From Treponemataceae bacterium (GTDB lineage Bacteria; Spirochaetota; Spirochaetia; Treponematales; Rectinemataceae): DNA of 64,000 nt. Within the stretch, counting starts at the first letter, position 1; the number at the start of each line of letters is the position of its first letter. Both the position numbers and the translations under genes were made by a program. The stretch is from contig CAXXHO010000001.1 in NCBI GenBank assembly GCA_963667725.2, forward strand, positions 1 through 64,000, given 5' to 3'. This document shows, in pieces, positions 59,879-64,000 of this stretch. The notes under the pieces are model-generated. The model had not been told where the DNA came from and did not search any database. It saw only the letters and a program-made list of their open reading frames with translations.

Positions 59879-60832
59879 CTATTTTATGGCGCGCTTCAGC
59901 GCGGCGCCCATTGCCTTGATGTTGGCGAGCCAGTCGGGCGCCAGCGGATCGACTTCCACCACCACGCCGCCGATCGCGGCCGCGACAGTCCTGGCCGCGT
60001 TGGTCGAGAACTGCTTCTGCACGAAAACCACCTTGGCGCCGTCAGCCTTGGCCTCGGCGATCAGCGAGGCGAGGGACTTCTGCGTCGGCTCCTTGCCGCC
60101 GAGCTCGACCGCCTCCTGAAGAATGCCGAAGCTGTCGAGGAAGTACCCGAAGGAAGGATGGTAGACGAAAACTTTCCTGCCCTTGAGCGGGGCCAGGTCC
60201 TTCGCGAGCGAGGCGAAGGCGGCGTCGATCTCCGCGACGTAGGCGTCGCGGTTCTTCCTGAACAGGGCTGCGTCCGCGGGCAGGAGGGCGCAGAGCGCGT
60301 CGGTCGCGGCCGAGAGCTGGACCTTCACCGCGTCGCGGCCGAGCCAGACATGGGGGTCGGGACCGCCTTCCTCATCATGATCGCCCTCGCCCGCTGCGGC
60401 GGGAGCGGCGCCAGAAGCCGCGGCCTCGCCCTCGTGGCTGTGGGATTCGAGCGTCCGAAACTTTACGCCCGCCGCGGTGTCGACGATCCCGAGGCGCGGG
60501 TAGAGGGCTTTCACCTTCGGCATGAGCGCCTTCTCGAATTCGACGCCGCCGATGGTGAGCCAGAGCGAGGCGCCGCTCAGGTCGGCCATCTGACGGGGCG
60601 TGGGCTCGTAGCTGTGGGGAGAGGCGCCGGGACCGACGAGCGTGAGAATCTTTACCTTGCTTCCCGCGATGCGCGCGACAAACTCGGACTGGGGGAGAAT
60701 GCTGACGACCACGGTCGGCGCCTGGGCGGGAGCGGCCGCGGGCGTCCCGGCCCAGACGCCCGCGAGCGCCGCGAGGGCGAAAACGGCCGCGAGCGGGAAT
60801 TCGGCCCGATGTGACAAAACTGTTTTCTGCAT
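59879..60832 (-). CDS. znuA: Zn ABC substrate-binding protein
   Basis: SPHSYEP, DPHVWL, HPSFGYF. Confidence 0.9.
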   Translation of the reverse strand: MQKTVLSHRAEFPLAAVFALAALAGVWAGTPAAAPAQAPTVVVSILPQSEFVARIAGSKVKILTLVGPGASPHSYEPTPRQMADLSGASLWLTIGGVEFEKALMPKVKALYPRLGIVDTAAGVKFRTLESHSHEGEAAASGAAPAAAGEGDHDEEGGPDPHVWLGRDAVKVQLSAATDALCALLPADAALFRKNRDAYVAEIDAAFASLAKDLAPLKGRKVFVYHPSFGYFLDSFGILQEAVELGGKEPTQKSLASLIAEAKADGAKVVFVQKQFSTNAARTVAAAIGGVVVEVDPLAPDWLANIKAMGAALKRAIK

Positions 60833-60848
60833 AGTCTTGGTACGTTCC

Positions 60849-60914
60849 TTTTGCGAATGATTCGCAAAATTAAGTATAGCGAAACAGACCACTATTTGCA
60901 AGCCATTCGCAAAT
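60849..60914. promoter_or_regulatory. Two palindromic Fur-family (Zur-like) operator sites
   Basis: TTTTGCGAATGATTCGCAAAA and ATTTGCAAGCCATTCGCAAAT upstream of znuA. Confidence 0.65.
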
Positions 60915-60944
60915 CATCCCGGCAGGCAGCTTTCAGCCAGGCGC

Positions 60945-61736
60945 TCAGCTTAGGCGCTGCGTCAAGCGCCCGACGAGGTACACCGAGACGACGGAGGCGG
61001 CGAAGGCCAGCGCGGTGCCGAACCAGGGGCCGATCGTCGGATAGAGGATACCGACGCAGGTCGTGTAGACGATGATGTTGACGTTGGAAAGGATGAGGAT
61101 CTTGCCCGTGGCGCGGGCGAAATCGACGCCCTGGCTCCTCACGAGGATGATCATCGTCGTGGTGAGAACCGCCGGGAAAGTGGCCAGCACGCCGGTCATG
61201 TAGGGAGGCGCCACCTGGGCGACAGCCACCGCGCCGGCGACGATGGTGCCGGCGAAGAAGGCGCGCAGGATCATGACTTTCCAGGAGAAAACGACCGGCT
61301 TTTTCTCGACCTTTTCCCTGCCCAGTCTGGTGTCAGCCAGGAAGAAGAGGGAAAGGGCGGCCGCGGCGAAAAGGGCGAGGGAGGCGGCGTAGCCCAGCGG
61401 AGGCAGAACGGCCACGGCGATCGTGGCGACAACAGCCCAGGCGGTCAGCGCGAGCCCGAGGGCGGCGGCCAGTCCCTTGCCGAGGGCGAAGATGAGGACG
61501 GCGACGAAGATCGAATCGATGGCCATGCCAATGGGGACGCCCGCCGTAGCCGCCGCCGCGTAGCCAGGCCCCTTGGTCAGCGCCATGAAAAGCAGGGAGA
61601 TGAGGATATTGGACGGCAGATTCCCGATGAGGCCGGCTTTGCGGCTGCCGAGCCGCTCGCCGATGAAGGTTGCGGCGGCGATCCAGACGCCGGCGATGAC
61701 GAAGGAGAGCGCAATGCGGAAGACGAGGATGCCCAT
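60945..61736 (-). CDS. Integral membrane protein with two internal repeats (DUF3147-like)
   Basis: AGLIGNLP and TGVLATFP repeats; many TM segments. Confidence 0.7.
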   Translation of the reverse strand: MGILVFRIALSFVIAGVWIAAATFIGERLGSRKAGLIGNLPSNILISLLFMALTKGPGYAAAATAGVPIGMAIDSIFVAVLIFALGKGLAAALGLALTAWAVVATIAVAVLPPLGYAASLALFAAAALSLFFLADTRLGREKVEKKPVVFSWKVMILRAFFAGTIVAGAVAVAQVAPPYMTGVLATFPAVLTTTMIILVRSQGVDFARATGKILILSNVNIIVYTTCVGILYPTIGPWFGTALAFAASVVSVYLVGRLTQRLS

Positions 61737-61815
61737 GGGCGCAGTATAGCCCGGCCTTTGCCCGGGGGAAAAGGCCGTGGTAGAATTAAGCCCGGATCGG
61801 CTTAAGGAGGCTTTC

Positions 61816-62805
61816 ATGGACTATGTTCGCTGGGGCGTTCTCTCGGTCTCCACTCATTTCAGGCTCAGGGTGTGGAACGAGCTCAGGGAAGCTCCGCTCT
61901 CCAGAATCGTGGGCATCGCCTCGCGCGACGGCGAGAAGGCCGCCGCCGAAGCCGCGCGGCTGGACATTCCCCGCGCCTACGCATCCTACGAAGCCCTGCT
62001 GGCCGACCCCGATATCGACGCGGTCTACATACCGCTGCCCAACCACCTCCACGCGCCGTGGGTGAAGGCCGCGGCCGCGGCCGGCAAGCACGTCCTCTGT
62101 GAAAAGCCTTTCGCCATGAACGCCGACGAAGCCGAGGAGGCGATCGCCTTCGCGCGGGCGAAGGGCGTCCGCGTCATGGAAGCCTTCATGTACCGCTACC
62201 ACCCCCAGTGGCAGCGGGCGAGGCAGATCGTCAGGACCGGGGAACTGGGCAAGGTGGTCATGGTGCAAGCGGCCTTCGCCTACAACAACAAGGACCCGAA
62301 GAACATCCGCAATATAAAGGAAGCCGGCGGCGGCGGAATCATGGACATCGGCTGCTACGCGGTGTCCTGCGCGCGCTTCATCCTCGGGGAGGAACCGCGC
62401 CGCGCCCTCGCCCTGGTGAACCGCGACTCCCAGCTCGGCACCGACACGCTGAGCTCGGGACTCCTCGACTTCAGCGGAGCCCACGCGGGCTTCACCGTGT
62501 CAACGCAGGCATTCCCCTTCCAGCGCGTGCAGGTGGTCGGAACCTCGGGCCGCCTCGAGCTGCGGATTCCCTACAACATGTACCCTGACGTCCCCGCCGA
62601 GCTGGAAGTGACGACTGGCGTAGGCGCGAGGACAGTGGCCTGCGGTCCCGCCGGCCAATACCGAGCCATGTTCGAGGCCTATTCAAAGCGCATTCTCGAA
62701 GGTGCGCCCGAACCGACCCCTCCTGAGGATGCCGTCGCGAACATGAAAGCCCTGGACGCGCTCTTCCGCTCGGAACGCTCCGGGAGCTGGGAGGAGCTGC
62801 GGTAG
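61816..62805 (+). CDS. Gfo/Idh/MocA family oxidoreductase
   Basis: [30 protein letters not shown]. Confidence 0.93.
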   Translation: MDYVRWGVLSVSTHFRLRVWNELREAPLSRIVGIASRDGEKAAAEAARLDIPRAYASYEALLADPDIDAVYIPLPNHLHAPWVKAAAAAGKHVLCEKPFAMNADEAEEAIAFARAKGVRVMEAFMYRYHPQWQRARQIVRTGELGKVVMVQAAFAYNNKDPKNIRNIKEAGGGGIMDIGCYAVSCARFILGEEPRRALALVNRDSQLGTDTLSSGLLDFSGAHAGFTVSTQAFPFQRVQVVGTSGRLELRIPYNMYPDVPAELEVTTGVGARTVACGPAGQYRAMFEAYSKRILEGAPEPTPPEDAVANMKALDALFRSERSGSWEELR

Positions 62806-62920
62806 GGCGCGGCAGCGTGCCGGCTCGCCGCCGGAAGGCGGCGAGCCGCGACCATGCCAGCATCGGCATCAAAGGCGGAAGCGTCCAGCTTCCGCCTTTG
62901 CATTTTCCTCACTTTTTTCA

Positions 62921-63008
62921 TTGACAGATCCGGAAAGCCGTTCAACAATACAACCGTCGAATGTAAACGTGTACATTCATGAAAATGCGTATGGTAATCG
63001 TATACATT
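62921..63008 (+). promoter_or_regulatory. Promoter with LacI-type operator(s)
   Basis: TTGACA at 62921; AATGTAAACGTGTACATT (62960-62977) and a related site at 62991-63008. Confidence 0.6.
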
Positions 63009-63040
63009 CGGCTAGCAACCCTCTTAAAAGGAGCGCGTCC

Positions 63041-64000
63041 TTGGCAGAACCCCTGATCGTCGTCAAGAACCTGAACAAGTCCTTTCCGGGCGTCCACGCG
63101 CTCAAGGATGTTCGCTTCGACCTCTGCCCGGGCGAAGTGCACACGCTGGTCGGGGAAAACGGAGCGGGCAAGTCCACCCTCATGAAGGTGATTTCGGGCG
63201 TCTACCAGAAAGACTCCGGCGAGATCCTCCTCGATGGCAAGCCGGTCGCCATTCCCAACCCCAAGGCGGCCCAAAAGCTCGGCATCGCGATCATCCACCA
63301 GGAACTCAACCTGATGAACCACCTGACCGCCGCCCAGAACATCTTCATCGGCAGGGAGTCCAAGGACAGGACGGGCATCTTCCTGGACGAGAAGACGATG
63401 AACCGGAAAGCGCAGGAGCTTTTCGGCCTCCTGAAGATCGACATCGATCCGCGCGTCAAGATCGGCGAGCTGACCATCGCCAAGCAGCAGATGGTCGAAA
63501 TCGTGAAAGCCCTCTCCTACGACGCGCGCGTCCTCATCATGGACGAGCCCACCTCGCCCCTGAACGACGCGGAGATCGAGGAGCTGTTCGGCATAATCCG
63601 CGACCTGCGGAGCAAGGGCGTCGCCATCATCTACATCTCGCACCGCATGGACGAGCTTTTTCGCATCTCGGATCGCATCACGGTGATGCGCGACGGCCAG
63701 TACGTCGCCACGCTCAAAGTGAGTGAGACCAACCTCGACCACGTCATCTCCCTGATGGTCGGCAGGTCGATCGAAGTGACCACCCCGCAGGTGGACCTGG
63801 GAGCGAACCGCCCCGTAATGCTCGAAGTGAAGGGGCTGAACCGCGGCAAGGCGCTGAGGGACATCAGCTTCAACGCCAAGAAGGGCGAGATCCTCGGCTT
63901 CGCGGGGCTCATGGGAGCGGGGCGGACCGAGGCCGCGCGGGCGATTTTCGGCGCCGACCCCATCGATTCGGGCGAGATCTGGATCAACGGCGCCAAGGTG
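63041..64000 (+). CDS. Sugar ABC transporter ATPase, RbsA/MglA type (partial)
   Basis: TTG after [15 protein letters not shown]...[12 protein letters not shown]...IHQELNL...MDEPT; runs off the window. Confidence 0.93.
   Translation, partial: MAEPLIVVKNLNKSFPGVHALKDVRFDLCPGEVHTLVGENGAGKSTLMKVISGVYQKDSGEILLDGKPVAIPNPKAAQKLGIAIIHQELNLMNHLTAAQNIFIGRESKDRTGIFLDEKTMNRKAQELFGLLKIDIDPRVKIGELTIAKQQMVEIVKALSYDARVLIMDEPTSPLNDAEIEELFGIIRDLRSKGVAIIYISHRMDELFRISDRITVMRDGQYVATLKVSETNLDHVISLMVGRSIEVTTPQVDLGANRPVMLEVKGLNRGKALRDISFNAKKGEILGFAGLMGAGRTEAARAIFGADPIDSGEIWINGAKV

Noticed and set aside
34545..63996. Many long overlapping ORFs in the GC-rich half (e.g. 35889-37196, 39252-41486, 41748-43664, 46707-48446, 52575-54260, 62942-63742)
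   Set aside because: Antisense or out-of-frame shadows of recognisable genes, expected at high GC.

Overview
The window has two parts. Bases 1-34.4 kb are a large AT-rich chromosomal integron: 38 attC sites, 38 complete cassettes plus 1 partial, mostly on the minus strand, with attI at ~34230 and a Pc-like promoter at 34289-34317. The integrase gene intI (34405-35700, minus) is co-oriented with the cassettes, as in the Treponema denticola integron, and has an extra N-terminal domain. Bases 34.4-64 kb are GC-rich housekeeping DNA, probably from a spirochaete (inferred): Fe-ADH, MATE, aldehyde:ferredoxin oxidoreductase, flavocytochrome c, an amino-acid ABC transporter, four Wzi-like outer-membrane proteins, fur-feoAB, znuACB-zur and a sugar ABC ATPase. 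Main observations: (1) three 1309-bp copies of an IS481-family element each start exactly 15 nt from the core of an attC site, in the same orientation, with different 4-bp target duplications, which suggests an attC-targeting IS; (2) a 562-bp cassette with no long ORF occurs five times, including first at attI, and carries a 20-bp perfect inverted repeat and a conserved candidate hydrophobic small ORF; (3) a covarying GC hairpin sits at a fixed position at the 5' end of about 35 of 39 cassettes; (4) a decayed Ntox44-like toxin tail lies in front of a candidate immunity lipoprotein inside one cassette. All family calls come from motif recognition by eye; no database searches were run.
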